Shown piece after piece: positions 1 to 11,911 of a stretch of 64,000 bases of DNA. Position 1 is the stretch's first letter. Each line of letters starts with the position of its first letter. The position numbers and the translations under genes are program-made. The notes below the pieces were generated by a model. The model worked only from the letters and a program-made list of their open reading frames with translations, was not told where the DNA came from and ran no database searches. The stretch lies in the NCBI GenBank assembly GCA_028023455.1, contig JAQFVV010000009.1:17546001-17610000 (forward strand), in the 5' to 3' direction. Origin of the DNA: Epiperipatus broadwayi. Taxonomy: Eukaryota > Animalia > Onychophora.

Positions 1-277
1 AATGGAGGAAATTTATCTAAACTGCTTTGAAAATATTTTAGGTAGTCATTTAAAGGTATAGTTAAGAAATTTTCCAGTGATAAATAATGAAATAATCAGA
101 CATATTGATGCAGTGTATAATTAAAAGACAAATTAATATAAGTTGTTTTACTAATTTAAAAGATGAAACAAGAAAAGGAAATATGAAATCAGAATATATA
201 TTGAAAAATATAATTAATAATTCTTAAACAATGAAAAAAAGAAATATTACACTAAAAAAAGTTAGATAAATGCTTAC

Positions 278-786
278 TTTATCAGACAGACTATCTTCCC
301 AAATGGCATATATAACAATAGGCAGCATTCCTTCAATACATTTATTAAAAACTTGTAAAGCATCAGCTTTGTGTCCACATGGTGAGACTATTAAATTACA
401 ATTTGTTTCTAATAATGAATGATTAAAAGCAATTTCTAACATAGCTGATTCATTAGCAGGGTCCCGAAGATGGTCAGAATCACTTAAGTCTAAATCTTGG
501 TGTGGAATTGTAACACAAGGCTTATCATTGGTCACTAGGTGATCAACAAGCTCATAACTACCTGGTAAAGAAAGAGTCGCATAAACTTGGGTACCATACT
601 TAAAACGGATCATCCGCCAACTGACATCTTTTTCTAAAATTAATGGTAATATAGGCTGCCCTAATAATTCATTGACAACACATGCTTTAGCTGCACAAGT
701 TTGGCCTAAAATCAGTAAGCATGGTGAAGAATCCACAATATTCTGAATAATATCTTCATCATCTTCACTAAAATTGGTATGATAAT
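278..786 (-). CDS. DSTYK: DSTYK-like dual Ser/Thr and Tyr kinase, coding exon 2 (N-terminal non-kinase region); gene continues beyond window start
   Basis: Translation ...IIQNIVDSSPCLLILGQTCAAKACVVNELLGQPILP...RMIRFKYGTQVYATLSLPGSYELV...LPIVIYAIWEDSLSDK resembles the remembered DSTYK/RIPK5 N-terminus ([30 protein letters not shown]...[22 protein letters not shown]). Acceptor T-rich tract+AAG at 788-787, donor GTAAGC at 277; exon is 2 nt + 169 codons. Confidence 0.9.
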
Positions 787-2072
787 CTTAAAAAAAAAAA
801 AAACACTTTAAAATAAGTAAAAAATATATTTATCCTTAATTTCTAACATTATAACATTCTTTTTTTTAACAAAAATCAATATATATATATATTAAGAGAC
901 AAATACATACTTAAGAATATTATTTGATAATGAATTTCTTAATCCTTCTTTACAATACCAGAATGTAGGATTTGAAAAGCAATTAAAGATATTCTTTCAA
1001 GTTGGTCTTCATTTTACAAGAAATTATATTATTACCAAGAGACAATTCCTTTTTCCTCATAAAACATAGACACTGAGCTTAATATTGGTTAGATTTTATT
1101 AAATGATATCATTATTGTATACTAATTTTCCATAATCATGATATGCGATTCCAATCCAAAATGTAATTGAAAGATTTTCTCAGATAATTGAGAACTCCTA
1201 AGCAAGCTCAGATTTTTTTTCAGGTATCTTAATCCATAGTCAATCCAGTTAGCCAGCCAAAAACTAAACTAGTCTTAAATATTCCACTACAGAACAAATG
1301 TTTTTTTAGAATCCCTTTAAAAAAAAGAACAGTAAACTAGAATACATTACTCATTAGACTAGTCAACTGCTAATTAAAAAGTTTTTACATTTTTTTTTTT
1401 GTTTTATCTTTTAACTAAGATGTACCATTTATGTGCAATAATTAAAAACCAGCAAGGTTGACTATACAAATTTATCTAAAAAAAAAAACCCTAAGCAAGC
1501 TATCTGAAAAAATAAATCAACAATTTTTTTTTTTTTTTGATTATCAAAAAAAAAAATTGTATTATTACAAAAATGAATTTAAAAAATTGTGGTTATTTAA
1601 TATTTATATTTAATAAGTTTTTCAGAATGGAAGGAGACATAGGCAGATAATAGTTAATAATTACTACATAATTTTTTAATCTAATAAAATCATTAATAAT
1701 GTGAAGACTAAGATTCTAAGAGTGTTGGATTAACAGTATTGTACTTATATAAGAATACTGTTTTATAACGCTTCTCTGAAAATAAGCAAGATAAGAGTTT
1801 AAAATATGTTTTTGCCAAAAACCATGTATTTCCAACTGATATTGACATTTTAATCTTGTATAGTTTCATGCATTTTTGAATGTCTGTGTTATTATTTATA
1901 AATTGAAAGGTCAATTATTCAAACATTATATGAATCTAAAGTTTTTAAAATATTAATTAAAGTGATTGAGATTAGACAATTGTTATAAGTTTTTTTGATT
2001 TTACCATAGTAACATTACATAATTTAATACAATATTTTTTTTATATTAGTATGTCATTATTTTACAATACTG

Positions 2073-2595
2073 CATTTATGAAAAACAAAAAGCAAATTAA
2101 AACTTGCTAACGCTTGTATTTATGACAATAGATGGCATTCTACCAAAAACACCATCAAGCGTATGTTTGTTTACATAAACGTCAGAGCAAGCATTCACTA
2201 TCTCTAACTTTAGTTCCACCTTCAGATCATGATTTCAAGCTATTTGCTATCGTCAGTGAAGGACAGGAATAAGAAACTAGATCTAAACACAAACTCTGAG
2301 CGTTTATGAAACAGTTTCTATTCAGCTTGCAAGCATGAATCTTTTAGACACGTAATGTCTTCAAACTCAGCATAGCAAGCCAGATAGTTATATGGGTCTG
2401 ATATCAGTTCAGCATCACCACATAGTAGAAGCCTCTGCAATATATATCATTGCAAGAAAGACCTCAAAGGTACATTTATGAAAAACAAAAAGCAAGTTAA
2501 AACTTGCTAACGCTTGTATTTATGACAATATATGGCGTTCTACCAAAAACATCGTCAAGCGTATGTTTGTTTACATAAACGTCAGAGCAAGCATT
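2073..2595. repeat. 123-bp direct repeat pair (2073-2195 and 2473-2595) with 400-bp period
   Basis: Direct comparison shows about 5 substitutions between the copies; 277-bp unique spacer. Confidence 0.9.
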
Positions 2596-3539
2596 TGATA
2601 TGTGACAGTGTAAATCCACTTTGACTATTTATAGTTTAATTTAATTCAGTATCATTGAAGAAAATCTACTCTCGATAAAAAAAATTTTTATTATTTAATG
2701 ATCTTATATGGATGATTCATGAAATGGAAAAAAAATTGAAATTTTATTCAGTTTATAAACTAGGCAAGAGAAAAATTCATTTCATTCAACAAAAAGAAAT
2801 CTACCTAATTTGTGAACTAGGCAATTTCACAACTAAATATAACATATATATAAAGATTTATTTATCATGAGTCAAAGAAATCAACTACCTCCAGATCCAA
2901 AGCTCAATAATCTTGAAACATTAATAGAATTAAAAAATATAATTTTTGAATTAAAAAAACAGATTAAATGTTCATTTTTATATAACAGTAAGACTCAAAC
3001 AATTTCTTAAATACTGTTATTACAAATATAAGCAAAATGTCTATGACTAAGAAATTTACAATGTATAAATTTTCTGACAGATCTTTTGGTATCTGTTTTA
3101 TGCAATTATTAATGTTCTTAAATTTTCAATTGTTAACTCTCTATTGAGGGATCAATTCTGCATAATTATAAAATTTATCATAAGTCATTTTTAATATTAT
3201 TATTTTTTAATATTATTATTTTATTTTTAATATTTATATTTTATATCATAAGTTTATCTCATAACTTGAACTTACTCAATGTGATAAACTTATGTGATGT
3301 TGTATTGGTTTTGATAGAGATGCTTACAATTGTTAAAACTAAAGACACCATAATATATAAAAACTGAACTGGTTTCAGTTCTATATGACTATATAGACAA
3401 ATTAGCTTATGTTGAAAACATATTTTTTCCAAATTGGATTAATAGCTTGATAGTAAAACAGAAAGGTAAATGATGGCTGATAGAGAAAAAGTGCATTACA
3501 TCTTAAAAGATCTAGAAACTGGTCCAAAATCTAAAGCTG

Positions 3540-3577
3540 TTCACTGATGAAAGCTATAAGCTTGAAACTTGTCTGGG
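3540..3577 (+). ncRNA. Minimal type I hammerhead ribozyme motif (family A)
   Basis: TTCA-CTGATGA-AAGC-TATAA-GCTT-GAAA-C-TT-G-TC-TGGG: complete core, 4-bp stem II, GUC cleavage triplet, stem I TTCA/TGGG with two G:U pairs. Confidence 0.75.
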
Positions 3578-4127
3578 ATATTGTATAGGACAGCCCTGGA
3601 TTTATTAAGCACTATCATCTGCATCTATTATTTATTAAAGCTTAATAATAATTGACATAGATATGACAAAGTAAAAAGGAAGCTGCTGAAAAAGTATTTT
3701 TTTATTCTTGTAGATTATACATTAGTAAGAGTTCAATTCAAACATGATATTTTGTTACATAAAACAATTTATTTAATAAAATATCAAAGGAACAAAATAT
3801 AATAAAATCTTATATTCTTATTTGTTTTTTTTTATATATACAATAGTGTAAAATCTGGAGATCTAGAAGTCAAAAAAAATTTTTTTTTCTTTGGTATTCT
3901 ATTAAATATTCACTTTTTCACATTGTTTTATGTAACAAAATATACTAATTTTTGTACTTTTATATTTATACAATACATAATTATCTTTCCTGATAGTTTC
4001 AACAGCTCTAATTATCTTCTTCAGAGCTGTAATTGATAAATATATTACATTAGTACAAGAAAAAATAATAATAATCAAATGATTTATTGGTTAGAAATTT
4101 ATAAAAAATTTGAGCACCGTAAGTGCT

Positions 4128-4192
4128 AGAACTGGAACTGTAATCCATAAATCTTGAATTCAAGAGTCTGCTATTTTACCCCTGCACTAAAT
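4128..4192 (-). mobile_element. Degenerate tRNA-derived SINE-like head
   Basis: Minus strand TAGTGCAGGGGTA (A-box-like) ... GGATTACAGTTCC (degenerate B-box-like) at tRNA-like spacing; no intact cloverleaf. Confidence 0.3.
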
Positions 4193-4603
4193 CATACAAG
4201 ACATTACATTAGTTATATACATACATAAAGTATTATATCAATTAATCTTTTAAGCATTGCACATATCAATGATAATTAAAGACTTTTAATAAATACAAAG
4301 ATGGATTACCAATCATTATTACCAAGAAAAGAATTATTACATCTCTTTAAATACAAATATGTAATTTAATTTAGATATCAAGCATATCGTTTTTTTACTA
4401 TTTATACATGCATAATATTTTAATTCTCTTCACTCTGATGCAAGACCTTCATATTTTTAGAAATATTTGAAAAATGCAAATTTACATTTTTTTTCTAATG
4501 TCTGTAAGAGTTTGTTTCAAATATAAAAGTTGTGGTTTAAAATACACACATACCCACAAGTATATTTTATATCAATGTTGTATACATACTTATGTGTATG
4601 CAC

Positions 4604-4608
<5 letters not shown>

Positions 4609-4636
<28 letters not shown>
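4609..4636. repeat. (CT)14 microsatellite
   Basis: Direct reading. Confidence 0.95.
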
Positions 4637-4948
4637 TGCTTTCTATAAATAATACATAAATAAAAAAATAATTTAAAATTAAATTTCATCATTTAAACTT
4701 ACCAATTTCTGAAGTTTTTATTAAAGGAATTCTGATGTCACCTATAAAAACATGTAAAAATAATAACAATTACATTAAAGAAGTTTTACTATAGTTATTC
4801 ATTATAATGAAAAACATTTTAAAAATAAAAATTGGAAAAAATTTTTATTTCCAAATATATATATTGAGAAAAAACATTGCTAAATGTTTTGATTAAATAA
4901 TATAGCTTTTAGTGGAACATAAAATAAAAATGATAATAAAAAAAGATT

Positions 4949-5069
4949 TTTGAAATTCATCTTTGAAGGAAAAAAAAAAAGAAAAATATAAATTTAAGAA
5001 TATAAAAATTTGAAATTCATTTTTGAAGGAAAAAAAAAAAGAAAAATATAAATTTAAGAATATAAAAAT
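4949..5069. repeat. 60-bp tandem duplication
   Basis: TTTGAAATTCAT(C/T)TTTGAAGGA11GAAAAATATAAATTTAAGAATATAAAAAT occurs twice at period 60. Confidence 0.9.
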
Positions 5070-5190
5070 CACATGATCACTATCTTCCATGCTTAGATAG
5101 GGATTTTATGCACAAGCCTTCTGGCATCCATTGATTACTCTGTCTTGCTTAGAGTGGCACTACTGTATGGAGATAGTTTTTGCTGAATAT
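5068..5190. repeat. Interspersed repeat shared with 44685-44860
   Basis: Both loci contain TAGATAGG..TTTTATGCA.AAGCCTTC.GCATCCATTGATTACTC...GTGGCACTACTGTATGGAGA. Confidence 0.75.
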
Positions 5191-5465
5191 AAAAATGTTA
5201 AAAAAGTTAAAAAATAACATTTATGATTACATTATGAAATAATTTACAAATCAAAACTCAAAACTCTTTTTCTGATTTTATTATTAAATTATTAAAACAT
5301 TTTGACTTTTGAAGATGAAGTAAATTTTAAGCCATAATCATCCAGCAAAATCAAATGTTTCGGCCCGATTAAGAAAAAAATTTTTAGAATTTTATTTCAT
5401 AAATTATTAAATACGCTTAACGTATATAGTGAAATTAAAATTCAACGATTATATTAATATTTCTT

Positions 5466-5508
5466 AAGGCTAAGCGCTTTCAGAGCTTACACTCATATTC
5501 ATAGCCTT
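5466..5508 (-). ncRNA. Hammerhead ribozyme variant with A3:U8 core at the PLE 3' end
   Basis: Minus strand AAGGCT-ATGAATA-T-GAGT-GTAA-GCTC-T-GAAA-GCGC-T-T-AGCCTT: 6-bp stem I, stem II with GNRA loop, palindromic AGCGCT stem III. Confidence 0.65.
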
Positions 5509-5545
5509 TTAACATAGTAATTTATGCAAATCTATGCAAGCTTAT

Positions 5546-7462
5546 TTATATTGTCCATCTCTTTGAAATGGAAAAGCATGTGTCTCTCCTGTTTATCGCT
5601 TTCAAATCTCTTGATATATACCATGCTTCTTTAACCTTCCTTTTGATGTCATTTCTTTCAGTTGCAATTATCCTAGCATTTGCAGGTTCAAATTCATGAT
5701 TAGCCTCCTTTTGATGGTCCACAAATACTGAGCTGCCTTCGTTTCTTCTTAATACTCTCTTGTATAAGTATTTATGCTGAGCCACTCTGTTGTTTATAGT
5801 GGCCCGAGTCTCACCATAGTATACTGCACCGCAGTTTGCCTGAGGGCATGCCAACTTGTACACTACATGTGGTGTTGATTGTATGTCAATTTTGTCCTTA
5901 GAATTGTTCAAAATCCTGTTGGTGTTTGGAGGGGTTCGAAAACCTACTGTAAATTCATTCTGCAATTTTTTGACCAGTTTTCTAGCAATGTTAGGAATAT
6001 ATGGCAGACATATGCATTGTTTTTTGTCCCTGCTAGGTTTGGTTATGTTTTCATAAAATGTTTTAATTCTTCTGTTGATGGTTATTAAATCATAACCAAC
6101 CTTCATCAGATCATTAACATATTGGTTAATATTTATTCTTCTTTCTTCTTCATATTTGCACAAATGGTAATTCCTGAACAAAAAGGCAGAAAGCCCTGCC
6201 AATTTGTGGGCCCTCGGTGTTTTCGATTTAGTATGGATGTATCCTCTAATGTTCAATGGTTTTACTTTCATGTTGTAATTAATGCATCTGTGTGTTCTTG
6301 TAATTATAAGGTCCAAATAATTAATTGTATTAAGCTCACTCTCTTCAGTGCAGTTAAATATTAAGTTGGTATATGCCTGCAGTTCATCTTGAATGGCTTT
6401 AATTATAAGTTTAGGTGCTGCGATGAAAATGTCATCTACATACCTACAATAAATTATTCCATGTGTTTGTTCTTGGAACTTTGATATAATCTGGTTTTCA
6501 AAATAACCGATTACAATACTAGATACAATGCCACTCATAGGCAGTCCCATCGGCCATCCATTACTCATCCTATACCATCTATTTTCAAATGTCGCAAATA
6601 TGTTCTCATCCAACCAATTCATGAAGTCAATGATAAACTCTATTTTCTGTTCAGGACAATGATTATTTTGAAGCTCTTCTTTAATTATCCTGATTGAACC
6701 TTTTCTATTAATCGATCCGTAAAGTTCAGATATATCTATGGCTGCTATATTGAAACTGTCATCGATGGCTGCATTTTTAATTAAGTCTACAAACTCGAAA
6801 GAAGATTTTATAGTATATTTGCCAAATCCTATTAATTCTATCAACCACGAATTTATTAATTTTGCTGTGTTTGCATAATGTACACCTCCAAAGTCAAGCA
6901 TTAGTCTTAATGGAGTCCCTTGTTTATGCATTTTAGCATTCGCAAACATTCTTGGTTGTGATGTGGCAGATGGGTATATTCTATAATATTCAGCTTGATT
7001 TATTCCTTTATTTTTATGTTTGCGTAGGATTAAAGAGATAAATTTTTCTCTGTTCATTTTATTATTAACTTCAGCTGAAAACTCAAAGCCCAATTTCTGA
7101 ATTTGTATTCTCATCTTTCCTTTATATTCTTCTTCATCCATTATTACGAAGCGATTGCCTTTGTCCTCTTTAAGACAAATAATTTTATTTTCATTAAAGA
7201 ACTTTTTCGCTTTCTTGACTTTATTGTTCCAGCCATTATTTTCAGTATTCAATTTCTTATCACTAATGATCCTGTTAATCTCATAAATAACATTATCTCT
7301 CATAGGATAATTTATTAAAACTGCTTCCGTGTCTGCTATTATTTCCATTTTGGGTTGATTCCATCCTCCTCCTACAAATTTAGGTCCAAGATTCAGGATA
7401 GATCTAATTTCAGCCGATGGTCTAACGCTAGACAAATTAACATACGTGTCTTCTATTCCCAT
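5546..7462 (-). CDS. PLE reverse transcriptase + C-terminal GIY-YIG endonuclease (638 aa)
   Basis: PLE motifs LNLGPKF, KEDKGNRFVIMD, KMHKQGTPLR, DISELYGSI, GWPMGLPMS, YCRYVDDIF, INYLDL, LPYIP, then VVYKLAC..C..VYYGET...RVAQH...KEAWYI. Confidence 0.93.
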   Translation of the reverse strand: MGIEDTYVNLSSVRPSAEIRSILNLGPKFVGGGWNQPKMEIIADTEAVLINYPMRDNVIYEINRIISDKKLNTENNGWNNKVKKAKKFFNENKIICLKEDKGNRFVIMDEEEYKGKMRIQIQKLGFEFSAEVNNKMNREKFISLILRKHKNKGINQAEYYRIYPSATSQPRMFANAKMHKQGTPLRLMLDFGGVHYANTAKLINSWLIELIGFGKYTIKSSFEFVDLIKNAAIDDSFNIAAIDISELYGSINRKGSIRIIKEELQNNHCPEQKIEFIIDFMNWLDENIFATFENRWYRMSNGWPMGLPMSGIVSSIVIGYFENQIISKFQEQTHGIIYCRYVDDIFIAAPKLIIKAIQDELQAYTNLIFNCTEESELNTINYLDLIITRTHRCINYNMKVKPLNIRGYIHTKSKTPRAHKLAGLSAFLFRNYHLCKYEEERRININQYVNDLMKVGYDLITINRRIKTFYENITKPSRDKKQCICLPYIPNIARKLVKKLQNEFTVGFRTPPNTNRILNNSKDKIDIQSTPHVVYKLACPQANCGAVYYGETRATINNRVAQHKYLYKRVLRRNEGSSVFVDHQKEANHEFEPANARIIATERNDIKRKVKEAWYISRDLKAINRRDTCFSISKRWTI

Positions 7463-8488
7463 ATCAATAAAACAACGTTTTGTTTATTAGCTAGAAATCT
7501 CAATTTCTTTAAGAATTTCTTCTCTAATCTTTGTTCAATAATATTACATTTATTTACGATCCATTGTGGCTCAGGCGTTATAGACGTAATCTTAGACAGA
7601 CGTTTCTTGTTATTATTTAACTATATACGTTAAGCGTATTTAATATTACATAGTTATCAATAGTGAAGAAAAAATCGGAAATTTCATAAATTATTGAAGA
7701 CTATACTTAGAAAGGTGAGATGTTTTTTATAATTTTAAAATTATGAAAAGTGGAATTGTAACAGATGTTTTCTTAGAAATAATAAAACAAAACTATGAAC
7801 AATGGAAGTAGAAAGTGATCTATCGAACAAAAAAAAAATTTGAGTAACTTTGAATATTGGGAAATAAGTGATACACTGGTTTGATGAAAAATAAGAAGCA
7901 ATATTCCTTCAATTTATTAAACTTGTCTGGAGTGAAATTTCATATTCTAGGAACTTAAAAACTACCTATGCAACCTTACCAAAAAGTTTGCATCTACATA
8001 ATTTATGAAAACATTTTTTATATACTATTTGATATTCTTCCGATAATTTTAATGTTTTAAATAAACTGTATAAAAACCAAAAAGTATATATAGATATTTC
8101 AGAATGGTGTGTAATTTCACATGTGCACATTATGAATAATATTAATAATGGGTAGTATACATACACACCAATTACTCGCACCTACTTTAGAAACATGTTT
8201 TTCTCATAGATTCTCAAAATAAAAGTCAATGCTAAAATACTCTGAATAATAGCTCTATCAATACAAGGAAATGACAAATTAGCTTTTATTAAAATGAGAT
8301 AGAAAGGATATGGAGAATAGAAAATAATAATGCACTAAAAATAATAGTTAAATATCAGAAGAAAAAAAATTCAACTTGGCTAACAAAGTTCTTAAGCAAA
8401 TCATCTTCTATACACAGAAAAATTTTATCTCGGGAAAAATTGCTCTATTTCTTATTTTTTTCTTAAATTGAAAGTATCACAACTATAC

Positions 8489-10170
8489 TGTAACGGGGTA
8501 TCCTATACGTGTGAATCACATATATATATGCCATATGCTTGTTTACGTAATTATAACATAATAGTTTTCTTTTTCTTCTCCTTTTAAAATTATAACTAAA
8601 TATATATAAATAATTCTGTATCCAGTCAGTAATTCTACACGGTACTCTTATTTCTCACCCAACATATTTATGGACATCAATTTCTGACTCCAAGCACCAA
8701 TCTTATCTACAAGTAAATAAGAATTATGCTGGGAGAGATTGAGTATTAATTTTGAATAAATAGAACTCCTACCTCTGGCTAGCTCACTCAGGGCGGATGG
8801 TAATTTACCATGAGAAAGATACACACAGACGTTTAAATGACTCTCTTAATATATTATTTTTACTATAAATCTCTATCTCTACAATACAATCTAAATTTAA
8901 AGAAGTCAAAACAGAAATACATACACTCGTACTTAAAACAAAGATTTAATAGTCATTAATGTAAAAACAAAATCCCATAATTATTCACTGCCTTGTGCTC
9001 AAATATTTAAATATAACACATGCAAATACATATACTGCATAAACAAATAAATATAATAAAAATCAGATAATACAAGACCAATTAAATAATTCAGTATTTA
9101 GTCTATTCATCCATATAACTACGTTTGATGATATATCAAAGATTTCCTTTTCTCTTTTCGTCTTTATGCATTATTATTATTGGAATCAAATTAGTATTTA
9201 CGAAGTGAATAGCGCTTAAGAAAGTGTTCATATTACCTTGATTTCTCCCCCAGAGGTGTAGATGAATAGCAATATGGGTTCGCTCGACACTGCGGCATGG
9301 TGAATAAGTGCTTTTCGATAAGAGTCAGTCGATTCCTTAGTGCAATATCAGGGACATTCAGTAAAAATCATTCTGCCTGTCAGGTCTAAGAGGGGCTTTG
9401 TTCCTATGTAGACAGCAACTGCAGTATCTTCGCAGGATGGCTGGCAGAGCCCAGCCCGTTTCAGTCCTTACCCCAGCCTATTCATGGCTGATGGTTATAT
9501 ATAATTTTTTTTTAAATAATATTTTTGCGATCCTGCTAGTAGAATAAATCTTTCTAGAATCCTCACCAAAGTCTGACTCACTAATCTCATTAATTCTCTA
9601 TTGTTCCTTTTTCTTTTTATTCTTTTTTTTTCTTTTCTTTAAAAAGACACCACGTGGTATTCTTAGGTTTGCAAAAACCTTTTAGTAACTTTTTTCTTAA
9701 TGTCAAGGAATTTCAATCAACACCTCAAAAATCCATATTCGACCATTCACTGTTTTCTTTCTTAACATTTTTCTTTTAATTAAAATAAATTTTATCTATC
9801 AAGATAGCAATCTATACATTTTTGATTCTTTTTCTTACATTTAACATATCTTTTTGACAATCCTGTACTCCGACTAAAATCTTGGAAATAAAACTTTGCC
9901 TTACTATTTTTCTTTTTTAGTGAATTCACTCCACTTATTCATCCATACAGCAATATAACCACATGCGTTTTAAACATAATACAAGAGCATAAACCCTAAA
10001 TCCCCCCTCCCCTTTATGTTTTAATCTATTTCTATTTCCCCATTTGAACATACACACACACACAAAGAAAAGAAAAAAGAAAAGAATTGAATTTAAATTT
10101 TGATTAAATATATATGCGTGCCTAAATCCTACCATACTTTAGAACAGGATTTGAACCCAGCCCAGTTATA
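8489..10170 (-). repeat. 3' LTR (about 1.68 kb)
   Basis: TGTAAC...GTTATA on plus strand; roughly 92% identical to 14648-16348 over the first ~330 bp compared by eye. Confidence 0.92.
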
Positions 10171-10432
10171 ATACCCCTCTTCAAAAGCCTTCAAATACCA
10201 TTTGAGTATTTGAATGGCTCATTCCTAAACCACAAAATAACTCAACTCCTTACTGCCATAGCATGATGGCACGGGTTTGAGTGACCGAGCATTATACGAC
10301 CCCTTTATCTCCTGCCCGGTGTCTACCCAAAACGCATGATCTCCCCGATATCTCACAATTGTGAATGGACCCTCATATAAATTACAGAAAAAATATATGA
10401 ACTTCCTGGTTCACTCACATGTGGTGTCTTTA

Positions 10433-11911
10433 TCAAAACCCAGTCATTCTATTCCGCTTCTGGCTTTTTCTTACGAGGTTGTGATACGCCTGTTTTTGAT
10501 CACTTTCGGTATCTATTGACCTTTCTTCATTTCTTGACAGATTATCCGGGATTAATTGAGGAGCATCTCGGCCAAAATGTAACCGTATAGGAGACAACCC
10601 TATTGACTCATTGACCGCCCAATTAATATAGTTGAGTATATCCCGAATTTTTCTGACCCAACCTCTGTGGTTGGTTGGGATGTAAGTTCTGAACAATCTC
10701 CCCAGCTCGCGCATCACTTGTTCACATGAGTTTGATTGGGAGTTCCGGATGGACGTCAGTATATGTCGGATCCCTGATTTCTGGATCCATCTTCCCCATT
10801 CTCCAGATGTAAATGGTGTCCCATGAACTGAGAGGATAATCTGAGGTTTCCCCACTGACAGAAAATGTTCCTTTTCTAATATGCGCATCGTGTTCCTCGT
10901 ATTTGCTTGAGCTATTGGGTAGGAAGCCAAGAATTTGGAAAACAAATTGTATATCACCAGCAAATACTTTTTATTGTATGCTGGCAATGGCCCATAATAG
11001 TCCTCTGCTACAATCTCCCGTGGTTTCTTTGGTATTATGAACGTCCTTGGGACTGCATAATTTCTATTTGCTGGTTTGGCTCTCTGACAAATTTCACATT
11101 GACCAATGACAGTGACTGTTTTACTATGCATGCCTGCCCAATAAAACCATTTCTTGAGCCAATGTTCGGTCTTCCACACCCCATAATGTCCATATGTGTG
11201 GTGGACATGAGCTGTCACTGCATCTGTCATCTGTCTAGGTAAGATTGGCCTCCATTCTTCTGTGTCATTTGTAACAAGTATGGATCCATCTACTCTGCAA
11301 TGTACAATCCTATGTCCATACCATCCGATGACCTTGGTCCCTCTGTCCTCCAAATGCTCAATTACCTGTTTCAATTGGATCTTTTCTCTTTGGCATTGAG
11401 CCAACTGTTTAAGGTCACTCTCAACCCCATCTATTTCTGAGCTCACGCCTGTAATATATAAATTTTCTGTCTGGAAATGTTGAGACTGTAAACGTGCAGG
11501 GTTTTGGCTAAGAGTATTCGCCACTATATTCTCCGAATACCTCACAGTATAGTTATATTCTTGGAGGTATAGACTCCAATGTACTAGCCGACTATTGGTT
11601 AGGTAACTATGATTGATGAACTCCAAGCTTTTGTGGTCAGAGACCACGATGACTTCTGATCCTAACAAGAGTGCAAGAAGTTTTTGGAAGGCCCAAACAA
11701 TTGCCAGGGCTTCCTTTTCTGTAGCAGTATAATGGAGTTCAGGTCCCTTAAGTAATTGACTCAGGAAATACAATACTCCTATCTGACCATCTGTTTGCAA
11801 TTGTGACAATGTTACTCCCAGGCCATACTCACTACTATCCATCTGCACCAAGAATGGCCTCGCAAAATCGGTAAATGCCAATATTACGTATTCAATAAAT
11901 CCTGCATTCAC
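10433..11911 (-). pseudogene. gypsy pol: RNase H-like + integrase part
   Basis: MDSSEYGLGVTL, HYTATEKEALAIVWA, VSDHKSL, HHTYGHYG...CEICQ zinc finger, DYYGP, SNSCEQV; several catalytic motifs degenerate; upstream TGA at 11948. Confidence 0.88.

Larger units (their letters stand above)
5405..7645 (-). mobile_element. Penelope-like retroelement (Penelope/Poseidon type), 5'-truncated, with a 26-bp inverted terminal copy
   Basis: RT+GIY-YIG ORF, 3' HHR, and perfect inverted repeat 5405-5430 / 7620-7645 (TATTAAATACGCTTAACGTATATAGT). No TSD recognised. Confidence 0.9.

Noticed and set aside
4008-4050. Minus-strand CTGAAGA...GAAAC
   Set aside because: No convincing stem II and no GUH/stem III geometry.
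5226-5232. ATTACAT as TSD of the coding PLE (matching 7645-7651)
   Set aside because: Seven AT-rich bases 170 bp from the inverted repeat; expected by chance.
5350-5372. Minus-strand GGGCC-GAAACATT, the 3' half of an HHR near the PLE end
   Set aside because: No upstream CTGANGA or 5' stem II arm; at most a truncated remnant.
5856-7633. Several plus-strand ORFs of 66-92 aa
   Set aside because: Antisense shadows of the PLE ORF with no independent motifs; the same applies to 10907-11242, 12869-13057 and 14109-14444 over the gypsy element.
9455-9495. ATGAATA...GAAAC in both gypsy LTRs, resembling the A3:U8 core
   Set aside because: Flanks form a simple CAGCC/GGCTG hairpin; no stem II and no UH cleavage site.
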